Of a DNA stretch of 64,000 bases, positions 19,060 through 29,951 are shown piece after piece; within the stretch, counting starts at the first letter, position 1, and each line of letters starts with the position of its first letter. Source of the stretch: Candidatus Cloacimonadales bacterium (lineage in GTDB: Bacteria; Cloacimonadota; Cloacimonadia; Cloacimonadales; JAFGVF01); the NCBI GenBank assembly GCA_963663475.2, contig CAXXJV010000001.1:2752001-2816000 (forward strand), written 5' to 3'. A program made the translations under genes and the position numbers. The notes beneath the pieces were generated by a model that worked only from the letters and a program-made list of their open reading frames with translations, searched no databases and was not told where the DNA came from.

Positions 19060-20790
19060 TTATAAATGAACTTTAAGTGACTTTAACAAGTCTGCTAATA
19101 GTTCTGGTTTAGTATTAACATCAGATTGTCTGATGAAGTCAATTCTCTGTCTGAATCTATCAGCAACAATAGCTTTATATTCTTCAATATTTTCTCTCTT
19201 TGTAGGATCATAACGATCATAATATCCAGGAAGTATTTTTTCAATGGATTCTCTAGTAGGTATTTGAGCACCATTAAGAAGTGGCCAATCTTCCCATTCT
19301 ATCTTATCCATGAGGATACCTGATTGGAGAGTTAATGAAGTTGCAAGAGGTATCTTTTCTAAATCATCGTCTGAAGATTTCCAGTAACCTATTGAATTAA
19401 AGCAGTAAACATCTGCCCCACCTTCAATAACATTGATGAAGGCTTTTACATCTTTCCATAGTTCATAGACACGGAAAGGGTTAGCAAATGGTTCGAAGAC
19501 TAGTTTGTTAAGTTCTTCTTCAGTAACGTTTTCAGCTCTATTTCTTTTAGTCATAAGAGCAGTACCCATTGATACAGCTAGATGCTTATTAGTAAATCTG
19601 ATTACAGGAGGGAGAATTGTATCTTTCATCAACCAAGCAAGTGCTTTAGGGAAGCTACATTTATTAACCCAATCTCCTAATAAATCTCTATCAAATAAGG
19701 CTCTACCATTAGAGTTTCTTAAATCTAAACCAACTGGTGTTTTTACTCCATCAATATCAATAATTGCATGGTTCATAAGTGATAGGCAGTATTTCCAATC
19801 TTTATGATCTGGTTTTCTACTATCAGTTTTATCAAACAAGCTTGGTTCCCAGACTCTACATAATTGTTCTTCAACATCAATTTGGAAAGCATCGTCATGA
19901 AGAACAACTTTTTTGAAACCTTCAGGAAGTGTTTCACAGTTATTTTCACTGTTAGTATGGGAAGATTTTCCTGTACCTGATAGACCATAGAAAGCTATTG
20001 ATCTTTTACCAAGTTCATGATATTTTTCTTCATCACAAGTAGTGAAGTCAATCTCTTTAATACCACCATGACAGGCAGCCATTCCTAACCTCATTCCAGA
20101 AGTCCATGCTAAGGTTAAAGTACCTTTTTTTCTTTCTCCAAAGTATTTCATTCCAAAGTTGAAAATAACATTTTCTTTTTCATCAACAAGGGCTAATTGA
20201 GGAGCACCAACATTATGGTAGTAAGGGTCATTACTTTGCCAATCGTTATAAGCAATAATAATAATATCTTGAATTGGCAGTTCTTTGCTTTTTTTATATT
20301 GATCTTCAAGGCATTCATATGGAATAAAATTAGTTAACCAATTAAACATATTAGCAGCATCTGATTCAGTAGTTACATAAGTAGCTTTAATCATTAAATC
20401 AGAATCTAAACCGATAATAGCTTCACCTTTGATTAGTTCTTGTTTTTGCATATCAAAGATAGCTTCTCTTAGGTCACCTTCAACCTTGTTTTTTTTGGAG
20501 ATATCTAATCTATGATAGAATTTCCTTGCTTTAGCAGTTCTACCGATGATTTTTCCATGACAGTCATCAATAATTTTAGCACCTTCAGGTAAGCCTACTT
20601 TCTTAGCATATTCTGGATATATTAAAAAATCAGTTTCTGATACACCAGCTTGCTTTTTAGCCATTTCATAAGCTTGAGCAACTGTAACTTTTCTTACACG
20701 TGAATTATTAACAACTGTTTCTGCAAGAGCTCTTATTTTAGACATATCTTGCAGATTATTATAATACTTAGCACTAGGTTTACTAGCCAT
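19060..20790 (-). CDS. pckA: Phosphoenolpyruvate carboxykinase (ATP), divergent type
   Basis: YFGERKKG, ACHGG, GLSGTGKSS P-loop, LHDD, NGR, PFANPF. Confidence 0.8.
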   Translation of the reverse strand: MASKPSAKYYNNLQDMSKIRALAETVVNNSRVRKVTVAQAYEMAKKQAGVSETDFLIYPEYAKKVGLPEGAKIIDDCHGKIIGRTAKARKFYHRLDISKKNKVEGDLREAIFDMQKQELIKGEAIIGLDSDLMIKATYVTTESDAANMFNWLTNFIPYECLEDQYKKSKELPIQDIIIIAYNDWQSNDPYYHNVGAPQLALVDEKENVIFNFGMKYFGERKKGTLTLAWTSGMRLGMAACHGGIKEIDFTTCDEEKYHELGKRSIAFYGLSGTGKSSHTNSENNCETLPEGFKKVVLHDDAFQIDVEEQLCRVWEPSLFDKTDSRKPDHKDWKYCLSLMNHAIIDIDGVKTPVGLDLRNSNGRALFDRDLLGDWVNKCSFPKALAWLMKDTILPPVIRFTNKHLAVSMGTALMTKRNRAENVTEEELNKLVFEPFANPFRVYELWKDVKAFINVIEGGADVYCFNSIGYWKSSDDDLEKIPLATSLTLQSGILMDKIEWEDWPLLNGAQIPTRESIEKILPGYYDRYDPTKRENIEEYKAIVADRFRQRIDFIRQSDVNTKPELLADLLKSLKVHL

Positions 20791-21007
20791 GGTTCCTCCC
20801 GAACTCTATTTATTTTATTTTATTTTTTTTTGTTTGAAATAATCACACGGGGCATTAAATAGATTCACAAATGACTTGTCAAGCATACAAAAAATAAAAG
20901 CTGATAAATATGGTCTAAACTATTATTTAACAGCATATTAACCATTTCTTAACAAAAAGCTGTTTTTTTCAAAAACTCAATAATGGCTAATTTTTGACCA
21001 AAAAATA

Positions 21008-21037
21008 AGAGGCCATAACTTATAAAGTTTGGCCTCT
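21008..21037 (-). terminator. Terminator after rpmA
   Basis: AGAGGCCA..TGGCCTCT stem; minus strand followed by TATTTTTT. Confidence 0.7.
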
Positions 21038-21059
21038 AAATTTTAATTTAATACTATAT

Positions 21060-21314
21060 TTAGGCAGGAACTATATTAATATATTTTCTACCGTTCTTTT
21101 TAGTAACAAATTGAACTTTTCCTTCTGATACAGCAAAGATAGTATGATCTTTACCAATACCTGTTCCAATACCAGGATGGAATTTAGTTCCTCTTTGTCT
21201 GACAATGATATTGCCAGAAATCACGTATTCATTTCCGTATTTTTTGACACCGAGATATTGAGGATTACTATCTCTTCCATTCCTACTCGAGCCAACACCT
21301 TTCTTATGAGCCAT
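21060..21314 (-). CDS. rpmA: 50S ribosomal protein L27
   Basis: [16 protein letters not shown]...[10 protein letters not shown]. Confidence 0.99.
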   Translation of the reverse strand: MAHKKGVGSSRNGRDSNPQYLGVKKYGNEYVISGNIIVRQRGTKFHPGIGTGIGKDHTIFAVSEGKVQFVTKKNGRKYINIVPA

Positions 21315-21323
21315 TAGTTCCTC

Positions 21324-21638
21324 CTATCTTTTTATCTCTGTAATTTTGATTTCAGTGAAATTCTGTCTGTGGCCATTTTTCTTCTTATAACCTTGTCTTC
21401 TTTTCTTTTTGAAAACAATGATTTTCTTATCTTTTTTATGGCCAATAACTTCTGCTGTTACAAGAGCTCCAGCAACATTTGGAGTACCAAATGTTATATC
21501 CTTCTCATCCCTAAGGACAAGTACGTCGTTTATGCTAACTTTATCGCCAGCATTTTGATCAGCAAGGTAAGGTACTTTTACTATAGCATCTTTTTCAACC
21601 TTAAACTGATATCCTTTAAAATGAACTATTGCGTACAT
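21324..21638 (-). CDS. rplU: 50S ribosomal protein L21
   Basis: MYAIV..G.QFKV...KIIVFKKKRR..GHRQ. Confidence 0.99.
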   Translation of the reverse strand: MYAIVHFKGYQFKVEKDAIVKVPYLADQNAGDKVSINDVLVLRDEKDITFGTPNVAGALVTAEVIGHKKDKKIIVFKKKRRQGYKKKNGHRQNFTEIKITEIKR

Positions 21639-21702
21639 TTTTTCTCCTTTATTTATATATAAAATAAGTTCTTAAACTATAAATTTAAGACTTGATAATT
21701 TG

Positions 21703-23208
21703 TCAAGTACTATATTGATCTGTTATATCTTCGTGGTCTTTTCCTTGATAAACTCTAAAGTCGTGCCTATGAAGTTTCTCATTACTTACAAATTCAACTT
21801 TAAACTTGTAGTTGGAATAAATATAATCAGGATGATCTAATATAAAAGCTCTAATAGCAGGATTTACTTCTACTCTTAGCTGGTCTTCTTTAATGAAATA
21901 TTCAGCTCTATTTAGCCATCTACTAATGTTAACTAAGACAGCATCGCAGGAAAGAATTCTTCCTGTACCGAAGCAATAAGGGCATGATTCTGAATAGGAA
22001 GAGATTATTGATGGGCGAATTCTTTTCCGGGTAATTTGAACTAGTCCTAAGGGGCCAAAAGGATAGGCTTTGTTTCTTGCTCTATCTTTCTTAAGCTCTC
22101 GTTTTAAAACATCCAAAACTTCTTCTCTAGATTTATCTTCTCCCATATCAATAAAGTCAATAATAATTATACCAGATAAATCTCGAAGTCTTATCTGTCT
22201 TGCGACTTCCTTAGCTGCTTCCTTATTAGTCTTAGTGATTGTATCTTCATACTTTGATTTACCAGTAAAAGAGCCAGTATTGACATCAATAGCGACTAAA
22301 GCTTCAGTTTGATCTATCTGAATATTTCCTCCGCTAGGAAGGTATGATTTAGAATTAAAGATAGATTTTATCTTCTTTTCAATACCAAAGGCATCAAAAA
22401 CAGGAGTATCTTCATTATACCATTCAATCCTATCAAGCAAGTCAGGTGCAATATCGGAAATCTCACTTTTTATTTCTTTGAGAAAGTCTATATCATCGAT
22501 AACAACCCGGCTAACATCATCTCTAAAGAGGTCTCTTATTAGAGTGTTTTGGATTTTATTCTCATCAAAGATACAGATTGGTGGTTTAGCATATTTAATT
22601 TGCTTTTCAATGACTCTCCAACTCTTGGTTAAAGCACGATATTCAGCTGTTAATTCTTCATCTGTACAGCCTTCAGCTTCTGTTCTTACTATTAGACCAT
22701 GGTCTTTTTCTTTAAGATTATAAAGGAAGCTTTTAAGTCTTTTTTTCTCTTTAAAAGACTGTATTTTGCGGGAAACAGATATCTTAGTCTTGTTAGGAAA
22801 GAAGACTAAAAACTTACCAGGAATAGAGATTTGGCCAGTTAATCTAGCACCTTTTTTATTGATAGGTCCCTTCTGTACTTGGACAATTATTTCCTGTCCA
22901 GGATGGAGATATTTACCTATTTTAGATGAATCATTTGATTTACTAGTTACCTTCCCATCACCTTCAACTTCATCAAGGTAATCAACCATAATGTCTGTAT
23001 AGTGCAGGAAGGCGGTTCTTTCTAGACCTAAATCTATGAAGGCTGCTCCCATACCAGGTAAGACATCTTTCACAAGTCCCTTATAAATATTTCCAACAAT
23101 GTTAGAATTGTTTGGTTTTTCAACGATAAACTCAAGAAGTTTACCATTTTCTAAAACTGCAATCCTTTTTTCTAAGGGCGTAACATTTACTACTATTTCT
23201 AAATTCAT
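21703..23208 (-). CDS. rng: Ribonuclease E/G family
   Basis: VGNIYKG..VLPGMGAAFIDLG S1 domain, IDVNTG, LRDLSGIIIIDFIDM, CPYC.GTG. Confidence 0.92.
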   Translation of the reverse strand: MNLEIVVNVTPLEKRIAVLENGKLLEFIVEKPNNSNIVGNIYKGLVKDVLPGMGAAFIDLGLERTAFLHYTDIMVDYLDEVEGDGKVTSKSNDSSKIGKYLHPGQEIIVQVQKGPINKKGARLTGQISIPGKFLVFFPNKTKISVSRKIQSFKEKKRLKSFLYNLKEKDHGLIVRTEAEGCTDEELTAEYRALTKSWRVIEKQIKYAKPPICIFDENKIQNTLIRDLFRDDVSRVVIDDIDFLKEIKSEISDIAPDLLDRIEWYNEDTPVFDAFGIEKKIKSIFNSKSYLPSGGNIQIDQTEALVAIDVNTGSFTGKSKYEDTITKTNKEAAKEVARQIRLRDLSGIIIIDFIDMGEDKSREEVLDVLKRELKKDRARNKAYPFGPLGLVQITRKRIRPSIISSYSESCPYCFGTGRILSCDAVLVNISRWLNRAEYFIKEDQLRVEVNPAIRAFILDHPDYIYSNYKFKVEFVSNEKLHRHDFRVYQGKDHEDITDQYST

Positions 23209-23237
23209 TGTAATCCTTTTACAGAATTACATCTCGA

Positions 23238-24971
23238 CTAATTTCCGAAACTCACAGGAAGAAGTGTTTGAGTAGGATGTTGTTTAAAACTTTCAAATAA
23301 AGCCTTTTGTTGATAAAGAGTTTCAGAAGTATTTTTTAGTAATAAATTTTTTACTTGAGTAACACCTAATCTTTCAGAAAGCATATACTTAAAAAGATCC
23401 TGTCTTTTGGGAAAGTTTTCTTTAACATACTCTTGAACATTTGCTAATTTTGATGCTTCAATAATTGCATCTTGTAAAGAACCAATTTCATCAATCAAAC
23501 CATTCTCTTTAGCTGATAGAGCGTCCCAGATTTGTCCCTGAGCTACTTTTTCGACATCAGCTAGACTAGCAAATTTGTCTGAGCGTCCTTCTTTTACAAT
23601 CTTTTTAAAAGAATTATAAACAGCGTCTGCTGAACCTTTTAAAGCGACAAGTTGTTGATCTGAAACACCATTCAAAGTATTAAGCCAAGTGCTTTTCTTG
23701 CCATATTCCAACTTATCATGGGTAATTCCGATCTTATCTTGAAGATTCTTAGCATCTGGGACCATTTGAACTACTCCAATGGAACCTGTTATAGAGTAGG
23801 GGTCTGCAAAAATTTTGTTACTGGCCATGCTTATCATATAGCCACCTGAGGCTGCTACATCACCCATAGAGACAACTACAGGCATTTTCTTGTTAAGTCG
23901 TTTTAAAGTTTGTAAAATTTCTTCAGATTCTAAAGCAGAGCCACCAGGACTATTTACTCTAATAACACAGGCTTTGATTGTTTTGTCTTTCATCATATCA
24001 TCCACTTCATCTTCTATCCATTTAGAAGTGAGTACTGAAAAATTGCCTTCTAATGGCATAATTGAGCCATTGAGATATAAAACTGCTATTTTATCATATA
24101 ATTTTTTATCAATTTTTGATCTATAACCTAATAAGTACTTATTATAGTCGATTAATTTACCAGATTTCTTTTCTTCTTCTCTAAGGTAATCAGTTTCAAA
24201 AGCTTTTTCTTGAATCAGACCTGTCATTATGGTTTCATCAGGCTCAAGGAACATATATTTTTCATTGTTTATAATACTTTCAATAACGATTGAAGACACA
24301 TTTAACTGTTGAGAAATTTGATCAATGAAAAGTTCATATCTGGCTTTCAAAACTCTATTAAGGTTTTCTTTTGTTTCATCAGACATTGCTTCTTTTGAAT
24401 ATTGAGTACCGTAATCTTTGTATTTGCCTGCACTTATAATGTGCATTTTGACTCCTACATTATCAAATAGATTCTTGTAAAAGGCCATATCAACTCCAAA
24501 GCCTTTTAGGAAAACACCTGCAGAAGATGAAGCTGAAATTGTTGTTTTGTCGGCTATTGAAGCTAATAACATATCAGTATTAGAGGCCATTGTTAGGAAG
24601 GCAAGTACTGGTTTGCCAGAAGTTTTAAAATCTTCTAGGGCTGAAATGATTTCATTCAGTGATGCATAACCCATAACAGCTAATTCTGGTCTGATAAGAA
24701 TTCCATTGATTCTTGGGTCATTTTTCGCCTTCTTAATTGCATCTACAATATCAAAGACAGTTGGCTGATTATCGAAGAAGGTAGAATTGGAGAAACGTGA
24801 ATATTCGGCAATAGGTCCTTGCATTTTTATAGAGAGTAATGAGTTTTCTTTGATATTAACAATATCTTTTGATGAAACTTTAGTCAATCCATAAATTAAC
24901 AGACCGAAAAATCCTATAAAAATCAAAATGGATGTTAAGCATCCAAAACCGAAATATGCACCTTTTTTCAT
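23238..24971 (-). CDS. sppA: Signal peptide peptidase SppA (67K type)
   Basis: RVNSPGGSA, SMGDVAASGGY, TGSIGV, AQGQIW; duplicated S49 domain. Confidence 0.93.
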   Translation of the reverse strand: MKKGAYFGFGCLTSILIFIGFFGLLIYGLTKVSSKDIVNIKENSLLSIKMQGPIAEYSRFSNSTFFDNQPTVFDIVDAIKKAKNDPRINGILIRPELAVMGYASLNEIISALEDFKTSGKPVLAFLTMASNTDMLLASIADKTTISASSSAGVFLKGFGVDMAFYKNLFDNVGVKMHIISAGKYKDYGTQYSKEAMSDETKENLNRVLKARYELFIDQISQQLNVSSIVIESIINNEKYMFLEPDETIMTGLIQEKAFETDYLREEEKKSGKLIDYNKYLLGYRSKIDKKLYDKIAVLYLNGSIMPLEGNFSVLTSKWIEDEVDDMMKDKTIKACVIRVNSPGGSALESEEILQTLKRLNKKMPVVVSMGDVAASGGYMISMASNKIFADPYSITGSIGVVQMVPDAKNLQDKIGITHDKLEYGKKSTWLNTLNGVSDQQLVALKGSADAVYNSFKKIVKEGRSDKFASLADVEKVAQGQIWDALSAKENGLIDEIGSLQDAIIEASKLANVQEYVKENFPKRQDLFKYMLSERLGVTQVKNLLLKNTSETLYQQKALFESFKQHPTQTLLPVSFGN

Positions 24972-25112
24972 CTATTTTCTCCTAAATACTTAATGTATTA
25001 TAAAATATTTTTTAATAATTCTATTATTATATTTTACATTAGTATGTCAAGAAAAATAATTATTTGAGTTAAGGATAATGAGATTTACTAAGAGGTCCGA
25101 ACATCTAGTCTA

Positions 25113-25285
25113 ATAATCCCGAATGGTGCAGTAGAACTTTGATGAAGAGTGCTAGATTCTTTTAGCAAAATAAATTACAGAATTTGAAGGCATACAATAT
25201 ATATATTCATGAAAATTATATAGCTTACTTTTTGCAAAAGAAGATTCTGCTATTCGCAAAGGTCTACTGCATTATTTGGGATAAT
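25113..25285 (+). mobile_element. MITE-like non-autonomous element with imperfect TIRs (copy A)
   Basis: Core 25127-25271 bounded by TGCAGTAGAACTTTG / CAAAGGTCTACTGCA, extending imperfectly to ATAATCCC / GGGATAAT. Aligns over its length to the reverse complement of 49966-50105. Confidence 0.75.
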
Positions 25286-25303
25286 ATACCCCTTAAGGAT
25301 CCC

Positions 25304-25370
25304 TAATCCTTCCTTTACAGTCTTTCGATGAAAGTCCAGGTTTCATCGAAAGACTGTAAAGGAAGGATTA
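25304..25370. repeat. Long perfect palindrome, copy 2 of 3
   Basis: TAATCCTTCCTTTACAGTCTTTCGATGAAA-gtccagg-TTTCATCGAAAGACTGTAAAGGAAGGATTA; 30-bp arms. Confidence 0.95.
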
Positions 25371-25561
25371 AGGATGGTATAGTGATTGAAGAATATATTT
25401 ATAGGTAAAATTGACTTATTATCTAGTCCATTTTGAGGACAATAATTTAGGAAAGATTTAGCTCAGAAAGTGTAGTAGCACTATAGTGAATTTAGCTGAT
25501 TTTGAGTTTACGGAAGCTAGTAATTGATAAAGGAATGCATGCACTTTCTAAGAACATGCTA

Positions 25562-25591
25562 GCAAAAAACCCCTCACATGAGGGGTTTTGC
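25562..25591 (-). terminator. Terminator after the TPR lipoprotein gene
   Basis: AAAACCCCTCA-ca-TGAGGGGTTTT. Confidence 0.8.
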
Positions 25592-25616
25592 ATAATATTA
25601 AATTATTTTATTTCAA

Positions 25617-27281
25617 TTAGAAGCTTGTTTCTAATCTTTCATTTAATTCTCTAAGACGAGCTAAACGAGATTCTACGATATTAAGAACTTTAGGAACTGT
25701 AGTAACTTTAGTAGCTTGTTTTAAGTTTTCTTCAGCTTCTCTATAGTATTGACTAGCTTGTTCTTTAGCTTGATCTCTTTGGTCAGCTAAAGTTTGAGCT
25801 TTAGAGCCAGTAGCTTTAGGAATTTCACTGTTAAGTTTAGCAGCAGCTTGGAACTTATCAATTCCTAGAGTTTGTTTAATTTGTGCTGATAAAAGATATG
25901 GAGCGTAGTTGTTAGGAGTAAAGACCATAGCTTTTTCAACATTTTGGATTGCTTTAGTATAGTTTTCATCTTCAAGATAAAGGTTAGCTAAACGAGTATA
26001 AACAACACCGTTAGTATCATCAATTTTTACAACATCGTTATAAGCTTTAGTAGCTTTTTGTTTGTAATTTTTGGCAGTTTTAGTTTGGCCTGCTTTTTCA
26101 GCATCTTTGGCAGCTGAAAGATACATATTAGCTAGGTTAAGACGGGCAGTGATATTCTTGCTATCTTTTTTAACGATTTCTTCGTAGTTTTTAATAGCTT
26201 GATCAATTTGACCAGTTTGTTGGTAAGCTGAAACTAAGTTTGATACAATAATATCATCTTCAGGGAAGAGTTGCACAGCTTGTTCTAAGTAAGGGATAGC
26301 TTCTTGATAGTTTTGCATATCGTAAAGAACGTTAGCATAACGGTAGATAGCATCTTGGTCTTCAGGGTCAATTTCAATAGCTCTAGCTACTGCATCTCTC
26401 ATATTATTAAGGTCATTAGCTCTAGCATATAAGTCAGCTAGTAATAACCAATCGTCTTTAGTATTTCTAATTTCAACAATTTTTCTGGTAGGTACAGCAG
26501 CTTCTCTATACTTACCTTGTTGAAGGTAAACTTGAGTTTGGGCATCAAGATAAGAAATATTTTGGGTAGTATCTTGCTCTACTAAGTAGTCAAAGTAGCC
26601 AAGAGCATCATCATATTTTTCTTCTTTAAGATTGATTAATCCAAGATAGTAGTATGGTTCTTCAAGTGAAGGGTCAATTTGAGAAATATTTTCAAATGAT
26701 TCTCTAGCAACATCATAACGTCTTGTATTGTAAGCTTGCTTAGCGATATCAATAAGTTTTAACATTTCAGTAGTTACGAAATCATCAATTTTACCCATGA
26801 ATTTTTCATCTAGAGTAGTTAGGCGTTGTTCTTTATCTTTAAGGACATTAGCTCTACCAGCAGCAACATCACCAGTTCTAGTTGAATAGAGGGTATAAAC
26901 TACTTTGTATTGGGGATTTCTAACTTCTTCAACAGTCATTGTAATAACTAAATCAGCAGCTAACTCACGACCAATGTCAAGAATTTCTTCTTTATCTAAT
27001 TCATCAACAGCGATATCACCATAATCGAAAAAGACAGCATCAATTTTTTCTTGGTCTACTAGAATAAAGTTTTCAGTATAATCAAAAAGCAACTGAATAT
27101 CTCTTCTTTCTAAGAATTTTTTAATATATCCACTTCTGTTATCTAATTTTTCTATTGGTAGTACAGCAACTTTCAAAGCTCCATCAACCTTTTCAGGCTT
27201 TTCACGATCTTCGAATGAACTTACATTCATACTACAAGCAAATAGAAATGCACTCAATATTACTACTATGAGTTTTCTCAT
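25617..27281 (-). CDS. Tetratricopeptide-repeat lipoprotein
   Basis: Lipobox LFAC; N-terminal TolB_N/CsgG-like segment (KVAVLPI...ADLVI); multiple TPR units. Confidence 0.85.
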   Translation of the reverse strand: MRKLIVVILSAFLFACSMNVSSFEDREKPEKVDGALKVAVLPIEKLDNRSGYIKKFLERRDIQLLFDYTENFILVDQEKIDAVFFDYGDIAVDELDKEEILDIGRELAADLVITMTVEEVRNPQYKVVYTLYSTRTGDVAAGRANVLKDKEQRLTTLDEKFMGKIDDFVTTEMLKLIDIAKQAYNTRRYDVARESFENISQIDPSLEEPYYYLGLINLKEEKYDDALGYFDYLVEQDTTQNISYLDAQTQVYLQQGKYREAAVPTRKIVEIRNTKDDWLLLADLYARANDLNNMRDAVARAIEIDPEDQDAIYRYANVLYDMQNYQEAIPYLEQAVQLFPEDDIIVSNLVSAYQQTGQIDQAIKNYEEIVKKDSKNITARLNLANMYLSAAKDAEKAGQTKTAKNYKQKATKAYNDVVKIDDTNGVVYTRLANLYLEDENYTKAIQNVEKAMVFTPNNYAPYLLSAQIKQTLGIDKFQAAAKLNSEIPKATGSKAQTLADQRDQAKEQASQYYREAEENLKQATKVTTVPKVLNIVESRLARLRELNERLETSF

Positions 27282-27360
27282 ATATCCTCCACGATAATAT
27301 TCTTTTATTAAAAAAAATTATAATTCTATTATAAGTCAATACTTTTCTTTATTTTTTTTA

Positions 27361-28110
27361 TTATTTATCAATTTCAACAATGGTTCCGTGATAGAAAGGT
27401 TGAATTAAATTTTCATCTAACTCTAAGATTAAAGCCCCTTTCTTGTTAGTTTTAAGTACTCTTCCACGAAAGAGTTGAAACTCTGTATCAAGCGAGATAA
27501 ATTTATCTTTAAGGTAATCACTTCTGTTATAATAATCTTGATATTCGACAAATCCATGTTCAATAAAATAAGGAAGTTGCTGGTAAAGTTTGTCTAGAAA
27601 AACTTTTAGAAGATAGTAATTACTCACCTCAATATTTAGATAATCTCTGAGAGAAACAGCAATATTGGAAAGTTCTAGAGGCATTTCAGGAATATTTGAA
27701 TCTATCCCGATACCACAAACTAGGTATTTAGCCCAAGAGTAGTAAGAAGTCAAAATACCGCAGAGCTTTCTATCTTCAAGCATTATATCATTAGGCCATT
27801 TAATCTTAAGTTTATCTTTTAAAGATGGGTAAATTTCTGTTATTGTTTGATGAATAAGCACAGCCATGAAGAGGGTTATAGAACTATCTTGTCCGAGATT
27901 ATAAAGTCCTAGACTGAACCAAAGTCCTCCCTGAGGGGAATACCAGATATTCTTTCTTCTTCCACTTCCAGAAGATTGTTCATCAGCAATTACCAGGAAG
28001 TTTCCTTTTGCTAGGTTATCTTTAATCATCGATAGAGCAAAAGTAGAGGTAGAATTTAATTTATTCTTATGAATAATTTCATCGAAAAGAGGATGTTCAT
28101 CTAAAATCAC
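27361..28110 (-). CDS. birA: Biotin--acetyl-CoA-carboxylase ligase (no HTH)
   Basis: Q.SGSGRR..W.SP.GG, IKWPND, KLCGIL, GIGID. Confidence 0.92.
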   Translation of the reverse strand: MILDEHPLFDEIIHKNKLNSTSTFALSMIKDNLAKGNFLVIADEQSSGSGRRKNIWYSPQGGLWFSLGLYNLGQDSSITLFMAVLIHQTITEIYPSLKDKLKIKWPNDIMLEDRKLCGILTSYYSWAKYLVCGIGIDSNIPEMPLELSNIAVSLRDYLNIEVSNYYLLKVFLDKLYQQLPYFIEHGFVEYQDYYNRSDYLKDKFISLDTEFQLFRGRVLKTNKKGALILELDENLIQPFYHGTIVEIDK

Positions 28111-28120
28111 AATATTCTCC

Positions 28121-29161
28121 TTAGACTATTAACATAGCATCGCCATAACTAAAGAAACGATACTTAGCTTCAACAGCCATTTTGTAAGCATTCATTACAT
28201 TTTCATAGCCAGCAAAGGCTGAAATCATCATAATTAGAGTTGATTCAGGCATATGAAAGTTAGTAATCATACCATCAATAATATTAAACTTTTTCCCAGG
28301 GTAGATGAAAATACTTGTCCATTTATCCCCGTAGCCTAATTGCTTGCCTTCTGCGAAACTTTCAAGAGTACGTGTAGAAGTTGTTCCTACAGCAAGCACT
28401 CTTCTTCCTTGAGCTTTAGCATTATTAATTTTTTGGGCAACGTCCTGACTAATGCTACAATACTCTGAATGCATGTTGTGGTCTTCTATATTATCACTTT
28501 TAACAGGTCTGAAAGTACCCAAACCAACATGCAAGAGAACTTCTACTATTTCCACACCCTTCTTCTTTAGAGCTTGGAAAATATCCTCTGTAAAATGTAA
28601 GCCAGCAGTTGGAGCAGCAACAGAGCCCTTGATTTTAGCATAGATTGTTTGATAGGTAGAAGAATCTGATTTTTCAGCATCTCTTTTGATATAAGGAGGT
28701 AGAGGGATGTTGCCTGCCATACTTAAGGCAGACCAAAATTCTCCTTCATAGTCAAACTTGATTAGTCTGGAACCTTCAGAAGCTAAGTCCATAACTGTTG
28801 CCGAGAAGTTATCACTAACAGTTATTTTTGTACCAACAGGACACTTTCGCCCTGGCTTAACTAAGCATCTCCAAGTATCATTTACAACATGATTTAATAG
28901 AAATATTTCTATCTTAGCACCAGTATCTTTAGTGCCAATCAATCTAGCAGGAATCACTTTAGTAGAATTGACTACTAAAATATCTCCTTTTTGGAAATGA
29001 TCAACAATATCTGTAAAAGACTCATGTTGAACCTGACCTGTCTCTTTGTTTAAGACAAGTAATCTAGAAGCAGATCTTTCTGCAAGAGGATACTGAGCAA
29101 TCAATTCTTCTGGTAATTCATAATGATATGAACTTTTTTGTAGTAAATCTTTATCTTTCAT
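28121..29161 (-). CDS. queA: tRNA preQ1(34) SAM ribosyltransferase-isomerase
   Basis: LPEELIAQYP, PLPPYI, GSVAAPTAGLHF, LHVGLGTF, TNFH.PEST, YRFFSYGDAM. Confidence 0.98.
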   Translation of the reverse strand: MKDKDLLQKSSYHYELPEELIAQYPLAERSASRLLVLNKETGQVQHESFTDIVDHFQKGDILVVNSTKVIPARLIGTKDTGAKIEIFLLNHVVNDTWRCLVKPGRKCPVGTKITVSDNFSATVMDLASEGSRLIKFDYEGEFWSALSMAGNIPLPPYIKRDAEKSDSSTYQTIYAKIKGSVAAPTAGLHFTEDIFQALKKKGVEIVEVLLHVGLGTFRPVKSDNIEDHNMHSEYCSISQDVAQKINNAKAQGRRVLAVGTTSTRTLESFAEGKQLGYGDKWTSIFIYPGKKFNIIDGMITNFHMPESTLIMMISAFAGYENVMNAYKMAVEAKYRFFSYGDAMLIV

Positions 29162-29164
29162 AAG

Positions 29165-29917
29165 TTATAATTTTCCACCTGTTATAAAAATTTCTTCACC
29201 TGTGATAAGTCTATTCTTGGCTGATAAGAGAAAGTCACAAGTTTCCAAGATATCTTGAGCTTTAACTAGTTTCTTGAGAGGAGTATTCTCTAGTTCTTTA
29301 GCAAAATAACTTTCTCTAAATTTCTGATATTCTTCTGAGAAATGTGACTGATCAGCATCAACTGGACCTGGAGAGATAATATTAATCATAATATTATATT
29401 TTCCATACTCTAAGGCAATAGTTCGAGCTAAATTGCCTAAAGCCCCCTTGGAAACTGCATAAGCAGAGCCAAATTTTAAGCCAGTACGACTTATATTAGA
29501 GCCAATCAAAACAATTCTTCCTTCTTCCTTCTCTTGGTAATAAGGGAGCAAGTTCCTTAGCAAATTATATGTAGAGAACAAGTTATTGTTAACTACAGAA
29601 TACCATTTCCTAGGATCAGTTTCAGCTAGAGGTAAAAAATCACTAGATCTTACAGCTGAAGTATGAATAACTTTGCTGGGAAGTCCTTTTTCACTTTCTC
29701 TTAATTTCTTAACAAGGGAAGCAAGTTGCTGAAAATCTGTAAGATCACATTTTTCAATAAGCAAATTATCAGGATAGTCTTGCAGAAGTTGTGTTAATCT
29801 ACTGATATTTCGGTGTACCAAAGCAATTACATGATAGCTTTTCTTAAGATATTCAGCTGTTAGAACTGAACCTATAGCTCCATTAGCCCCTGTTATTATA
29901 ATTGCTTTATTTCCCAT
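29165..29917 (-). CDS. SDR-family oxidoreductase
   Basis: TGANGAIG, YAVSK, N.ISPG, ITGE.I.I.GG. Confidence 0.9.
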   Translation of the reverse strand: MGNKAIIITGANGAIGSVLTAEYLKKSYHVIALVHRNISRLTQLLQDYPDNLLIEKCDLTDFQQLASLVKKLRESEKGLPSKVIHTSAVRSSDFLPLAETDPRKWYSVVNNNLFSTYNLLRNLLPYYQEKEEGRIVLIGSNISRTGLKFGSAYAVSKGALGNLARTIALEYGKYNIMINIISPGPVDADQSHFSEEYQKFRESYFAKELENTPLKKLVKAQDILETCDFLLSAKNRLITGEEIFITGGKL

Positions 29918-29951
29918 AGTTAAACCCTTTTTTAAAACTCAAATTTATTAA

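Noticed and set aside
21060-21638. Missing prp gene between rplU and rpmA
   Set aside because: L27 starts MAHKK with no N-terminal extension, so the absence is expected.
25304-25370. Hairpin as hammerhead ribozyme or integron attC site
   Set aside because: CGATGA..GAAA lacks the CUGANGA core and three-stem junction; there are no RYYYAAC/GTTRRRY ends or extrahelical bases, and no integrase.
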